Origin: Azolla caroliniana
Lineage: Eukaryota > Plantae > Polypodiophyta
Direction: 5' to 3'
Assembly: GCA_043228905.1 (NCBI GenBank)
Contig: JBHGNT010000002.1
Coordinates: 3,162,001 to 3,226,000, forward strand
DNA: 64,000 nt
Shown here: positions 35,533-48,036 of the stretch, piece by piece
Numbering within the stretch: the stretch's first letter is position 1
How the letters are laid out: each line of letters begins with the position of its first letter
Translations under genes and position numbers: made by a program
Notes under the pieces: generated by a model
Databases searched by the model: none
The model's input: only the letters and a program-made list of their open reading frames with translations
Told to the model about the DNA's origin: nothing

Positions 35533-38500
35533 GGATTTTTAATTCAGGCTATTAGGGAGAGGGAAAACAATAGTCCGGGACATCTAACTATCTCTCCAAA
35601 TCAATGTAATAAAAGTTGTCGCCCCATTAATGAGAATGAAGTCTTGTTTTCTGAAAATGGGATGTGTAAATTTAGCAACATTAATGGAGGAGATATTAAA
35701 ATAGAAATCGTAGAGGAACAACTTGATGATACTCTTGGGGAAATGGAGAAAGTCATCGAATCGAAACTACAAGTCAACAGAATGATTCCAATAAACTTTG
35801 TCGCCTTATACACCACCACTGACGAATACGAACAAGGTGTTGCGACAGATGAAGTCGAAGTTAATACCAAATACAAGATTGTAGATAAGAAGGTCAAACA
35901 TGTGGCTGCTCCCTTGCCTGAATACAGTTGGCAGTGAATAAAGGAGGTAGCGCGAGATCCATGCCTTAGAGACCCGAAAGGAGTAGGACATGTCTTCACC
36001 GACGAAACTTGGAGGAAGCTCAAAATTGGTGGGGCTGAGTTTTTGCTTCCCAAAGAAGAGTCCAAGTTCCGGGAAATGTTGGAGCAACATGGGAAAGCCT
36101 TTACCTTTTCCCCACAAGAGATCGGATGTGTTGACCCAACGCTTGTGGAACCAATGGTTATCTTTACAATACCTTATGTGTCATGGAACTTGAAGCCAAT
36201 TCCCGTTCCAAGAGCTCACATTCCAAGATTGTTAGAGTTGTTAAAAGAAAATATTAGAATGGGAATCCGTGAGCCATCTAATGCACCTTATTCAAATAAG
36301 TGGTTCACAGTGCCGAAGAAGAATGGAGCGCTTCGATTTATCCAAGATCTGCAACCGATAAACAAGGTCACCATTCGTAATGTTGGTATTGAACCTAGTG
36401 TTGATGTGTTTGCTGAAGCTTTTGCAAGAAGGTCGATTTACTCGATTGGAGACTTGTATTCTAGATATGACCAATTTCAATTGTCTTTGGATAGTTATCA
36501 CAACGATGTGGACTCCCATTGGGCTAGTAAGGATGTGTACATTACCACAAGGGGCAACTAACTCGATGAATGCCATGAACAAAGTACTAAGAGATTGCAT
36601 CCCAAATATTACGATGCCTTTCCTCGATGATATCCTTATAAAGGGGTGCCCTGAATCAGAGAAGGACGAGTCTTTAGATCAAGATGGATGTCGAAGATTT
36701 GTTTCAAACCATATTGAACACTGTGGAAGAGTGTTAGAAAGACTAGAAGGTGCAGGGCTCACATTCTTCCAGAGAGAAATCAGGATTTGGCCAACGCGAG
36801 ATCCTACTAGTAGGACATCTTTGTGGACCGTATGGACGGAAACCCTCTCCTGAGAAGGTGAATGCTATTCAAGAGATGCGAGAGGAATGTGGAATGCAGA
36901 AAGAGGTCCTAATATTCTTAGGAGCATGTGTGTTCTGCCACATTTGGATTCCGCACTATGCTCATGTGGTTGAACCCTTGTATAGCTTACTAAAAAAAGG
37001 GAGAAAATTCAAATGGGAAACAGTACACACAGAGGCAATGAAAAGGTTAAAAGGGCTACTGGTGGCAGCACCAGCTTTAAGGAAAACGGTCTACAAAGAA
37101 GGGATGCCCACCTACATCATGATAGATACAAGTCCAACGGGGATTGGATGGGTCATCAACCAAGAAGGAGAAGATAGCACACAGTACGCCATCCGGTTCA
37201 GAGCAAAGGTCCTTAGCGAACGACAACAAGGATACGCCCAAGTAAAGTAGGAACTCTGGGGTATCGTGTCTACAGTGAAGGTAGACAAGGACTACCTGAT
37301 CGGGTCGGAGGTGGTAATTGAAACGGATTGCCTCCCAATCCTTGGGATGATCTCCGGATGTGCGACACTAGATCTGGCTATGCTGAGGTGGATCGCTTAT
37401 ATCAAGTCTTTGAACCCAGAGATCCGCCACATTGCTGGGAAGAACAATGCCATGGCCGACATGCTGTCTAGAGCAAGATTCGAGGATGAAGGTGACATGG
37501 TTTTGGAAGATGAAGACGTCGCCCTCGACTTCTTCAAGGCAACCCGACTGTCGGCAGAAGACAGAGGCACACCAACCCTCCACGCTTTCAACGAGAGAGA
37601 GTATGAAGGGGAGTGGTTACTAATCGGTAGATTCTTGAGAACAATGATGGCGGATGCTTTGTGGACGAAGGAGGAGGCTCTACAAATATGGAAGAAAGCT
37701 TACCAGTACTTTCTGAAGGGAGGATTCCTCCGGCGGCACCCAAAGAGAAGGACAAGGATACTACAACAAGTAATGGTGAAGAAAGAGGACCAAAGAACGT
37801 TGATGTTTGAATTCCACGAGAGTCCATGGGCAGGTCATAGAGGAACATGGGCAACATTTGAAAAGCTAAAGGAGTACTAGTGGTCGAGCATGTATAAAGA
37901 TGTACTACGTCTCATGTCCACGTGTGAAAGCTGCCAAGTACATTCGAACATATGTCACCGTGATGAGTTGCAGCCAACATACCCACTCACCATACACTTT
38001 AAATGGATGGTGGATCTGGTCTTGATGCCAATGGGAGTGGGGCAGATGAAGTACTCAATACTAACGAGGGAAGACCTAACAAACCAGGTAGAAGGATGAG
38101 CCTTAGCAAATAAGAAGACGACAGTTGTATGCAAATTTCTGCTCGAAGAGGTCGTTTGCCGATACAGATGTGTGGGAAAGATAGTGGCCGACCGAGGGGA
38201 GTTAGATGCACACGAAGCAATGGAGTTGTTTGAGCAACTAGGTGTAAAGCTCTCCCTCACAATTGTCTATAATCCAGAAGCAAATGGAAAGATCGAGTGA
38301 GGGCATGGGCCGATAGTCAAAGCCACCGTACGAGCATGCGATGGTCGAGTTGGGAATTGACCGCGATTATTACCCTATGCATTGTGGGCCGATAGAACTA
38401 CGCACAGTTCTATGACATGCTATATGCCAGCGCTCATGTATGGACAGAAACCAGTAATGCCCATCGAGAGGACAATCGCCTCATGGGTAGCAATACCATG

Positions 38501-38963
38501 GGAGAACGAGATGAGCCGGGAAGAATTATTGGCGGCATGGATAAGGCAACTCGAAAGAAGACCTGAAGATCTACAGAATGCGCGAAAGATAATGGAGACA
38601 GCCCGAGTGAAGAATAAGATTCAATTCGATAAGACACATTGGTTGCATCCGAAGAAGATCAAAGACGGAGATTGGGTATTGTTTTGCGACAACAGCCTTG
38701 ACAACCAACACAAGACAACAAGGAAGTTCGCAAGAAGGTGGTTCAGACCATATGTGGTAATTATTGCCAATGACAACGCCACCTACCACCTCGCGGAGCT
38801 AGATGAATCAAGGCTTGCCATACCCATTGCAGGGAAAAGAGTCAAGATATTCAAGAAAAGACAAGATGAGGGTCCTAACCTCGATGACCCCGACAATGAA
38901 GATAGTACAACGGGACTCACAAACGTGAGCAAGGTCAATGAGGATGTGGAGGAAATTGATTAA
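35533..38963 (+). pseudogene. gypsy-2 pol (RT-RNaseH-integrase), disrupted
   Basis: WFTVPKKNG, LPQGATNS, FLDD, IDTSPTGIG, FHESPWAGHRG..CESC, WMVDLV, YNPEANGKIE. Confidence 0.88.
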
Positions 38964-41900
38964 TCACCATAGCCAAAATCTCACATTCACTTCTTCGCAC
39001 GTGCCGGAGGATGTGCGGTTTGGTGGGGATGGATGTCGTGAACATTTTCGACAACAGTGTGAAAATCGCATGGAACGAGGAAAATTGAGAAGGTGCAATG
39101 TGCACACGTATGAAAGGAGTGATGGTTACACATGTATGTTAGCACGTTAATGTGCACGTGTGATGTGTGTTTAGGTGTTCATTACAAAAAATATAAAAAG
39201 AAATAAATATAGGGCCTAGTGGGATACAACGAGGTGCAAGGTTTTGAACCTTGGACCTCCAAGATAAGAGGCAATTGACATACCATTAGGCTAAATTATT
39301 ATCCTTAAAGCTTATTTTCTTCATAATTTGTACTTTTCACATGATATTGGTCATACATGACAGATTGAATGAGGGACATGGTCATCATGCATCGCAGCAC
39401 CAAATGGCAATCATGCATTGCATGCATTTCATGCACCCTCACATGCATCATATGCACGGGGGCATCTATATAAGAAGGAAAGGAAATCAAGAAATGTATA
39501 GAATCAATAACAATAATAATAAATCTTAGTTATCTGATTAGCAATGTGCCTTGTCCCTCAATTTTGAAGTCAAAGGTTCAAACTGGGAATTGGAATTCTC
39601 GTCCATATCTATTTATCTACCAATCCATCTTTAATACTTTCTCGGTGCTAGTCCTTCTGGTCCAGAACACTGACGATTCTGTTTCATTGTCTTGAACAAT
39701 CCTTTCGATCCTCCATCACCACTTACGGATAGAGGCTGGTGCTTGTCTGCGCACGTGTAACACACACATCACGACGTTTGGCACATACGTGATGTGCTTC
39801 ACGACATCTTCGACCCACACAAGCATCTTCGACAACAAGAACTACCCGATTGTAAACCTAAACGACAGTCTATTCCTTACAAGCACAAGTCACTCAATTC
39901 ATCCTCCTTGGTCAAAGACCCTGAATGTCCCGTTCAACCGACCCGCAGGCGCGGATTTCTGAGACAACGAGCATGCCAGGTGTTACCCGTACATGTGTAC
40001 GAGAGGGTTAAGGTGTAATGTGTAAGGTGGAATGTGGAATGTGTTAGGTGTAATAGGAAATGTTAATGTGTGAGTGTTAGGTGGGTAAGTAGGTGTAACT
40101 ACCCCCACTTGGCTTTTGTAATGTACTAACCTTGTACTATTTAAACCCCACCCGTGGGGCATGGAAAGAAGGAAAATATATATACTAGAGTTACCGCTCA
40201 ACTGTGTCTATCTCAATTCTCTCTCTCATTCTCATTCTCACTCTTTGTGTGTGTGTCTCTCCTTCTCTCCCTCACATTTGAACCCCCTTGGAAGGGGGAG
40301 TAGAGCTGATCTTGGCTTCAACCCCCACCCATCAAGACCCATCACTTCGAACGGGGATAAATGGAGAGTGATGTGGATGAATGCTAAAATGATCTGTGGG
40401 AGGGCCAATGATTCATGTATTAAAAAACCGTTGCTACTATGCATAGAAGAGAGGGTAGACTCCCTCGATGAGGTGTTGCACTTCCATGAGGTAGGATGTT
40501 GTGTTGGGATGGGAGAGGCTCAATAAGGGTGGCTAGGGTTGGACTCAAGGGGAGGGGCTATGTCCTTCATGGGAAACTTCACTCATGTTTTCATGAAATT
40601 ACTGACGTGGAACATAAAAGGTCTAGGGGGTAGTAAATGTATGTTGGAGATGAAGAACTTCCGACATGACTTCAAATCCCCAAGTTTCAAAGGGGTCCCG
40701 GATATATTGTTGTTGCAAGAGCACCATCTAAGTGCGAACAGGATCTTGAATATTGGCAATCCTCTTGAGGGGGATTGGTAGGCGTTCTGGTTCCCAGTTC
40801 ATGGTGAGCACGGTAGGAAAGGGGGTGTCTGTAAATCTATAAGGAAGTCTTCAGATGGTCCCAGTGTATAATTGGCATGATAAATGTGTATGTGCCCAAT
40901 TCTTCAACGAATCGGGCCTTTTTATGGAGGCAATTGGTTAATGGCCTGCCGATTGCAGATCCATGGATCCTTGCAAGGGATTTTAACGTGACTTTGTACA
41001 AAGAGGACAAGGTGGGAGGTATGCAAATGTGGTGCAGGGGGCTGAGCTAGTTGCATGGGATTTTTTGATGGGTTGAATGTGGGTGAAAGATGCCTGGCAT
41101 GTAATAAAAAAAACCTCGAAGTTCGCTAAGCTTTTCGAGAGCAGGTTGTAGTATGAATGGCTTTCGCATATCTCACATAGACATAATGTACATCAGTTCA
41201 GAACTAGAACAATTTGGAACCAATGTTGAAATCATTGCGGGTTCATCTTACTCTGTTCATATGCCGATTAAGATAACACTAGAAATGCAGAGGAGGCCAA
41301 CAAGGGACTGCAATGTGAGGATCAACAAAAAACTTTTTGAGGATGCGGAGGTGAGTAGAAACATAAGGCGTATATGGGAAAGCAATTCGGTTGGGTGTGG
41401 CGTAATTGATAAACTTCGAGGGTCCAAGATTATCGAAACTTCAACTTATCTCCACAGGGCGACTAAAAGTAGAACTGTGAGGTGTAAGGAGGAAGAAATG
41501 TGTTTAAGGAGATCAATAGCGGTTGTGCAAAGGCTATTATAGAAAGATCCTCGATGCCAATGGTCTAGGGCAGGCCTTGAGGCTGCCAGAGAAATGTTAC
41601 AGTGCTTGATTGCATCCAGAAATACAATACTATTTAGGAGTTCGGTGGCATGGTGGAGCAAAAATGGGGATAAGGTGAATAAACAATTTTTCATGCATAA
41701 ACAACCTAGAACAAACTGTAGCTACAATCCGAAGCTGGTTAAGGAAGATGGCTCTATGTCGGAGGATATTTCAAAGATCTTGGAGGCGGTCACCTCACAC
41801 TATCATGAGTTGCTTTCAGATAGCTACAGTACCCCCAAACAACCTACTCTGATAGAATATGTGCTAGAGGGAATGCAACACAAAATTTCAGATGCGGCAC

Positions 41901-43654
41901 AAGCTAAACTTGCGAGGTCTCTCTTGGAAGAGGAGGTGGTTGATGTTTTGGCAGGTATTTGCAGAACGTCCTGTCCCAACTCCGATGGACTATCAAGAGA
42001 TTTTTTCAAAAAATTCTGGGATGTGATCCAGGCTGACTTGGTTGATGGGCTAAAAGAGGCATGGGATGTTGGTTGCTTACCTACGCAATTTCAAGAGGGG
42101 ATGATATTTCTAATTCCTAAGGTACAAGATGTAATAACTGGTGCAAGGCAATGGAGACCGATCACGCTGCTCAACACAATATATAAGATATTTGCCAATA
42201 TACTGGCAAAGAGGGTAAAACCCTACCTACAAGAACTAATCCATGTTGGACAAACAAGGTTCATGGAAAACAAATGCATAATTGATCATGTGTTGACATT
42301 TTGGGAGGCGATTGCCTTGGCAAAGAAAACAAATCAACACATTGCATGTCTCATGCTTGACTTTGAGAAGGCATATGACAGAGTTCAGTGACCTTTGAAC
42401 AGATCGGATGCAGGAATAAGGGATTTAGTTATTCCACAAGCGAGCAAGGATTTGTTGGACTCTGAGTATGCAGATGAAACTATGCTTTACTTGCAAGGCA
42501 ATGATGCTAATTTACAGAAGGCTAAAGAACGGATTGAGTTGTTTTGCAAAGCGTTAAGGGGGAAATTAACTGGAACAAAAGTAGAGGATTTTGGGTAAGT
42601 TCAAACCCACGACCGTTATGGTGTCCTAAGGTTGATTTTCAATGGGTCCCCACTGGCATGGTTGTTAAGTATTTCAACTTTTTGGTGGGTCCAATTGAGA
42701 AACCTAAAAATCAGCAGCTTGAGCAAGTGAAAGACAAAATTAGAAAAAAGCTTCGGCTCTTAGCATCAGTACAGCTTTCCCTTGTTGGTAGGGTGGTTGT
42801 GGTGAACCATATTTTGTTGGCCACCATGTGGCATTCAGTGACATGTTGGATGCAAGACAAAGCCTACATAAAAAATATTAAGGCAATGGTGAGACGGTTC
42901 CTATGGTCGGGTAGCGACAATGAGATGGCGTCAGCTAAAGTGGCGTGGGGTTGTCTAATTACGGCAAAGAATCAAGGAGGACTTGGACTAGTGGATCCGG
43001 TTCACCAAAGTAAGGCTCTACTTGGTAAGCTTCTGGTGCGAAGTCTGCAACCCGGACCAGAATTGTGGAAGGTGCTCCTTAGGAACAGAGCTTACCTTTG
43101 GTGTCCCAGGAATGGTGGTCCTTGGCAGGCAAACACATGGTGGTTGTTTAGGCCAGCTCTAAAGTTGAAAGAACGGGCTAGCACGGAGGATAGGGTGTGG
43201 TTCATGACGGAAACTGGACGTTCCTTATGCGCAAGACTCGGCCACAACCGAGATTCTTTTCACACACAGAAAAACAGGTAATGAAACGCGACACAAAGAA
43301 GAGAAATGGTACACAAGAGGTTTACGTGGAAAACCCCAAACTAGGGGAAAAACCACGGCAGCCCACAAGCTACAAACTGTCACTATGTATGAATGTACAA
43401 AACAGTGAGCTCACGGAGGCAACGACCTCGGACTCACGCTCTTCGCCACAGACGGCGGTTACAACAGAGGCAGCGACCTCTTTCTCTCTCTCTCAGTGTA
43501 CAACGTTACGCACACTAATCTCATGTAATACAGAAAATTGACGACAACTACTAGTTTGCCCTAAGTCATATTTATACTAATATGACTTTTCGGCTATTTA
43601 CAAATATAGCCACGATGGGCTCTCAAAAACATATTTACGAATATGTCTCTTCCT

Positions 43655-43875
43655 CCGGTTCGTACCGGGCCTGCACCATCCGGTTCTCCGTAGCCGGGTA
43701 CTCCTCATCCGGTTCATACCGGGCCTGCACCATCCGGCTCTCCGTAGCCGGGTACTCCTCATCCGGTTCATACCGGGTCTGCACCATCCGGCTCTCCGTA
43801 GCCGGGTACTCCTCATCCGGTTCATACCGGGTCTGCACCATCCGGCTCTCCGTAGCCGGGTACTCCTCATCCGGT
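43655..43875 (-). repeat. 54-bp tandem array (about 4 copies) in the U3 of the copia C LTRs; also at 48517-48737
   Basis: CCGTAGCCGGGTACTCCTCATCCGGTTCATACCGGG(C/T)CTGCACCATCCGGCTCT repeated. Confidence 0.92.
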
Positions 43876-43959
43876 TTCGGCCTCGGCCGAGTTTGTTCAT
43901 CGTCACTGATCTTCTCCCTTTCCCATCCGGAGGGACCTGTCTCCCAACAAACTCCCCCT

Positions 43960-46900
43960 TCACTCCGGCATGGGGTGTCTTACCAATCCGATCCTCTTCC
44001 GGCATGCATCCAGCTTGTCGGGTGTCAGCACTTTGGTCAGCATATCTGACCCGTTCTCGGCCGTGTGGATCTTCGTCAGTGCGAACTCCTGGTCATCTAC
44101 TCTTTCCCAGATCCAGTGATACCTCCGCTGGATATGCTTCGTCCGGGAATGGTAGGCCGCATTCTTAGCAAGGTGGATGGCACTTTGACTGTCGCAATGG
44201 AGTCAGTATTCCTCTTGCCGGATACCGAGCTCTCCGATGAAGTCCTTCATCCATAATATTTCCTTGCCGGCTTCCACAGCCGTCATGTACTCCGCCTCTG
44301 TGGTTGACAATGCAACCGTCTTCTGCAGCCTGGACTGCCACGAAACAGCTCCCCCTGCATATGTCATCACATACCCGGATGTAGACCGGCTGGTATCCAC
44401 ATCAGCCAACATGTCCGAATCGGTGAAACCGTCCAGTTGAGGTTTTCCGGAGCCGAATCGGAGACACATATTTGAAGTGCCCTTCAAATACCGGAGTATC
44501 CATTTGACTGCATTCCAGTGCTCCTTGCCGGGATTGCTCATAAACCGGCTCACCACTCCGACTGCGTATCCAATATCCGGTCGGGTACAAACCATTGCGT
44601 ACATCAAGCTCCCAACGACAGAGGCATATGGAATCTTCATCATATCTGCCTTCTCTCCTTTCGTCTTCGGGCTTTGCTTGCCGGATAGCCTGCAGTTTGC
44701 CGGAAGTGTCGATCCGACCGGTTTCGCTTCTGACATGTTGAACCGGTGAAGCACCTTTGTCACATACTTCTCCTGTGACAGCCATAGTTGCTTCTTAAAC
44801 CGGTCCCGAATGATGTGCATCCCCAACATCTGTCTTGCCGGACCCAAGTCTTTCATTGAGAAGGTCCGGTTTAGAGCCTTCTTCAGCATCCGTATTTTTA
44901 CTTGGTCTCATCCGACGATCAACATGTCATCCACGTACAGGAGAAGTATCAAGAAGTCTCCTCCTTCGAACTTCTTCACAAACACGCAGTGATCGGCCTG
45001 CGTCTTGTGGTACCCTTGATCAGTCATGAAGGAGTCGAACTTCCGGTACCATTGCCGGGGAGCCTACTTCAGTCCGTACAAGCTCTTCTTCAACCGGCAT
45101 ACCAAGTGCTCCTTCCCTTTCTCCACAAATCCTTCCAGTTGCTGCATGTAGATCTCCTCTTCGAGGTCGCCGTGAAGGAATGTCGTCTTCACGTCCAGCT
45201 ACTCTACCTCGAGGTCCATGCTTGCTGCTATACTCAGCACCATCCGGATGGAGGTCATCTTTACTACCGGGGCAAATATCTCGTCGAAGTCCACGCCCTT
45301 CTTCTGCTGGAACCCCTTCACCACTACCCTGGCTTTGTATCTCGGGGGGTTGCCGGCATCTCCCGGTTTCAACTTGTACACCCACTTGTTTCGAAGTGCC
45401 CGCTTTCCTTTCGGCAGCTCCACCAATTCGTACGTATGGTTCTCATGCAGGGAATCCATCTCATCCTACATGGCACTTAACCATTTTCGGCTGTGGGTGT
45501 CTTCCTTCGCTTCTTCGAAACTTTCCGGCTCCCCCTCATCGGTCAGCAGAACATCCTCTGCATCCGGAAATCTCCGGGGCGCCCTTCTCTCTCTGAGAGG
45601 ATATCTACGTCTTCGGGCTTCGGTAACCGGCTCCTCCATTTGCTCTTCATCCGAATCCGATTCGGGGTCTTGGCCGGTTCCGGTCTCGGCTTCCTCTACT
45701 TCTTCTTCTGCCGGTTCGGTATCCTCACCGTAACCGGCTGGTTCCTCGAGTGCTAACCGGTCTCTTGCCGGTTGGGTCTGCTCATCGTAGAGTCTATCCT
45801 TACCGGTCGACTCGGAGTTCATTATCTTCTTCTCCGACTCCCAGTCGACGAGCGTCTTGTCCTCCATGAAGATAATATCTCGACTCCGGAATACCTTCTT
45901 GTCGACCGGGTCCCACACTCGGTAGCCGAACTCATCGTCACCGTAACCGAGGAATATGCATGGTCGGGTCTTTGGATCTAACTTTCCTCTCCGGTCCTTA
46001 GCTACATGCACGTACGCGAGACACCCGAACACCTTCAGATGCCGGTAGGACACTTCCTTACCGGTCCATACTCTCTGTGGCGTGTCTCCGTCCAAGGGTA
46101 CTGAGGGTGATCTGTTTATCACGTATGTCGCCGTCGACAGTGCCTCAGCCCAAAACTTCTTGGGTAGTTTTGCATGCGCTAGCATACTCCGGACCCTCTC
46201 CATTATGGTCCGGTTCATCCTCTCGGCCAGTCCGTTTAATTCCGGCGTCTTCGGCACGGTAAATTCGAGCCAGATTCCCTTCGAGCGGCAGTACTCCTCA
46301 AACTGCCCCCGGTATTCTCCCCCGTTATCTGCTCGAACCGCCTTCAGCTTCCGGCCGGTTTCTCTTTCCACTCTCGCATGGAGCTCTTTGAAGATGGATA
46401 ACACCTGATCCTTCGTCTTCAGTGGTGTGGCCCACAGCTTCCGGGTGTGGTCATCTATGAATGTCACGAAGTACTACGCTCCGGCATGTGACTTCGTGTC
46501 TACTTGACACACATCCGTATGCACCAACTCCAGTGGTGCATTACGTCTCGTTGGTGGCCTTGGATGGAAGGAGGTCCGGTTCTGCTTACCGGCCAGACAA
46601 TCAGTGCACTTCTGTAAGTGCACGTTCTTCACTGGAATGAGGTTGTCGTCTGCAAGCCTCTTCATCCCCTTCTCGCTCATATGACACAGCCTCTTGTGCC
46701 ACAGCTCACCAGCAGTGTCGGATGCCACGTTCACTTCTTCCGGACATAACCGGGCATTCATCAGGTACAGTGTGTTTACCTTCCGGGCCCGAGCCATAAT
46801 CAGGCTCCCTTTGCTGAACTTCATGACACCATTCCGGATGCTACCCGTGTAGCCTTCATCATCTAGCCGACCGGCTGATATCAGGTTCAGACGAACTTCC

Positions 46901-48036
46901 GGAACGTGTCGGACATCCTTCAGCAGCATCTTGCATCCGGTTGGTGTTGTCAGCCACACGTCTCCCATGCCGACAATTTGGCATGTACCTTCATTCCCCA
47001 TCCGGACACAGCCGTGATCACTGGCTGAGTAGGATGAGAAGCATTTCAGGTCCGGGGTAAGATGGAACGACGCTCCGGAGTCTACCACCGAGGTCATCTC
47101 GTCGCCGGCAAGGTTTATTTCACTCTCCTCGGTGATGAGCATCAACTCCTCTTCACTTGCCGCGATTGTCGTCGTTCCCTTCCGGTCCGGCCCCCTCCGG
47201 TCTTTACCGTTCCGGTCTTTACCGTTCCGGTCTTTACCGTTCCGGTCCAGGGTTTGCTTCGAATCGGTACCATCGGTTTCTTTGTCTTTATGGAAATGCC
47301 GACAGTTCTTTTGGAAGTGTCTCGGCTTGCCGCAATAGAAGCAAGTAGGCCTACCCCTTGACTTTGACCGTGTCCCTGACTTCTCTCGGTTCTGGGGGCT
47401 ACGGTTTCTATGTCTTCCGCGTTCCGATTCGGTAAGAAGCGCTTTGGAGTCGGAGCTCATATCTTTGTCTTTCCGACGCGCCTCCTCATCTAGCAAGCTC
47501 GACTTTACTCTTGCTAGGGATAACCGTTTTCCTTCCGGCCCGGCGTTGCCCAAAGTGACAACCAACGTCTCCCAACTATCCGGGAGGGAACCAAGCAGAA
47601 GTAGTGCTAGTACCTCATCGGCAAGAGGTACTTCCAATGACGTTGCCTGGTGTATCAGCCCCTGGAAGGCATTCATATGCTCCGCCATGCTGGAGCCATC
47701 TTGGTACCGGAGTCTTACTAGCTTCCGGAATACCGAAACCTGATTAACAGCATTTTTGTTTTGAAACATTATGCCGATCTTCTCCCAGAGCTCATGAGCC
47801 TTGCTCTCTTCATTGAAGTTGTTGTACAGGCTCATGTCGATAAAGCACCGTATGTACGCCGTTGTCTTCATGTGCATCACCTCCCATATCGCGGCGTCGA
47901 TTTTGTCCGGTCTCTTGTCCCCGAACTGAACAGGCAGCCAGAGGTCTTTAACAACGAGCATGTCCCTCATCTTCGACTTCCATACTGAATAGTTGGAGCC
48001 GGTGAGCTTGAACATGCCGCCAAATGATTCGTCCAT
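43960..48036 (-). pseudogene. copia C gag-pol with in-frame stops
   Basis: ORF pieces 46474-48036, 45466-46467, 45199-45459 and 44203-44889, broken by CAG>TAG and CGA>TGA-type changes. Confidence 0.92.

Larger units (their letters stand above)
30771..39966 (+). mobile_element. Full-length decayed Ty3/gypsy (gypsy-2), no chromodomain, same lineage as gypsy-1
   Basis: 5' LTR 30771-33117 (expanded); PBS TGGTGAACCCGATGTGAA 33124-33141; gag-pro 33157-35542; pol to 38963 with HHCC, DDE and RRWFRPY; PPT; 3' LTR 39034-39966; TSD ACGA/ACGA. Confidence 0.93.
29482..40167. repeat. Inverted repeat pair: left arm 29482-29697; right arm 30712-30770 plus 39971-40167, split by gypsy-2
   Basis: The left-arm reverse complement CGGTCAACGAGTTTTTGGCATGGG...GTCCCACGAGCGTGCCAGGTGTTAC...TATTTAAACCCCACCCGTGGGGCATG matches the rejoined right arm. 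Confidence 0.8.

Noticed and set aside
43598-44049. Repetitive ORFs (MRSTRLRRAGWCRPG / YEPDEEYPATESR) and a CRISPR-like periodic look
   Set aside because: They are translations of the 54-bp LTR tandem array; there are no unique spacers or cas genes, and the array is duplicated in both LTRs.
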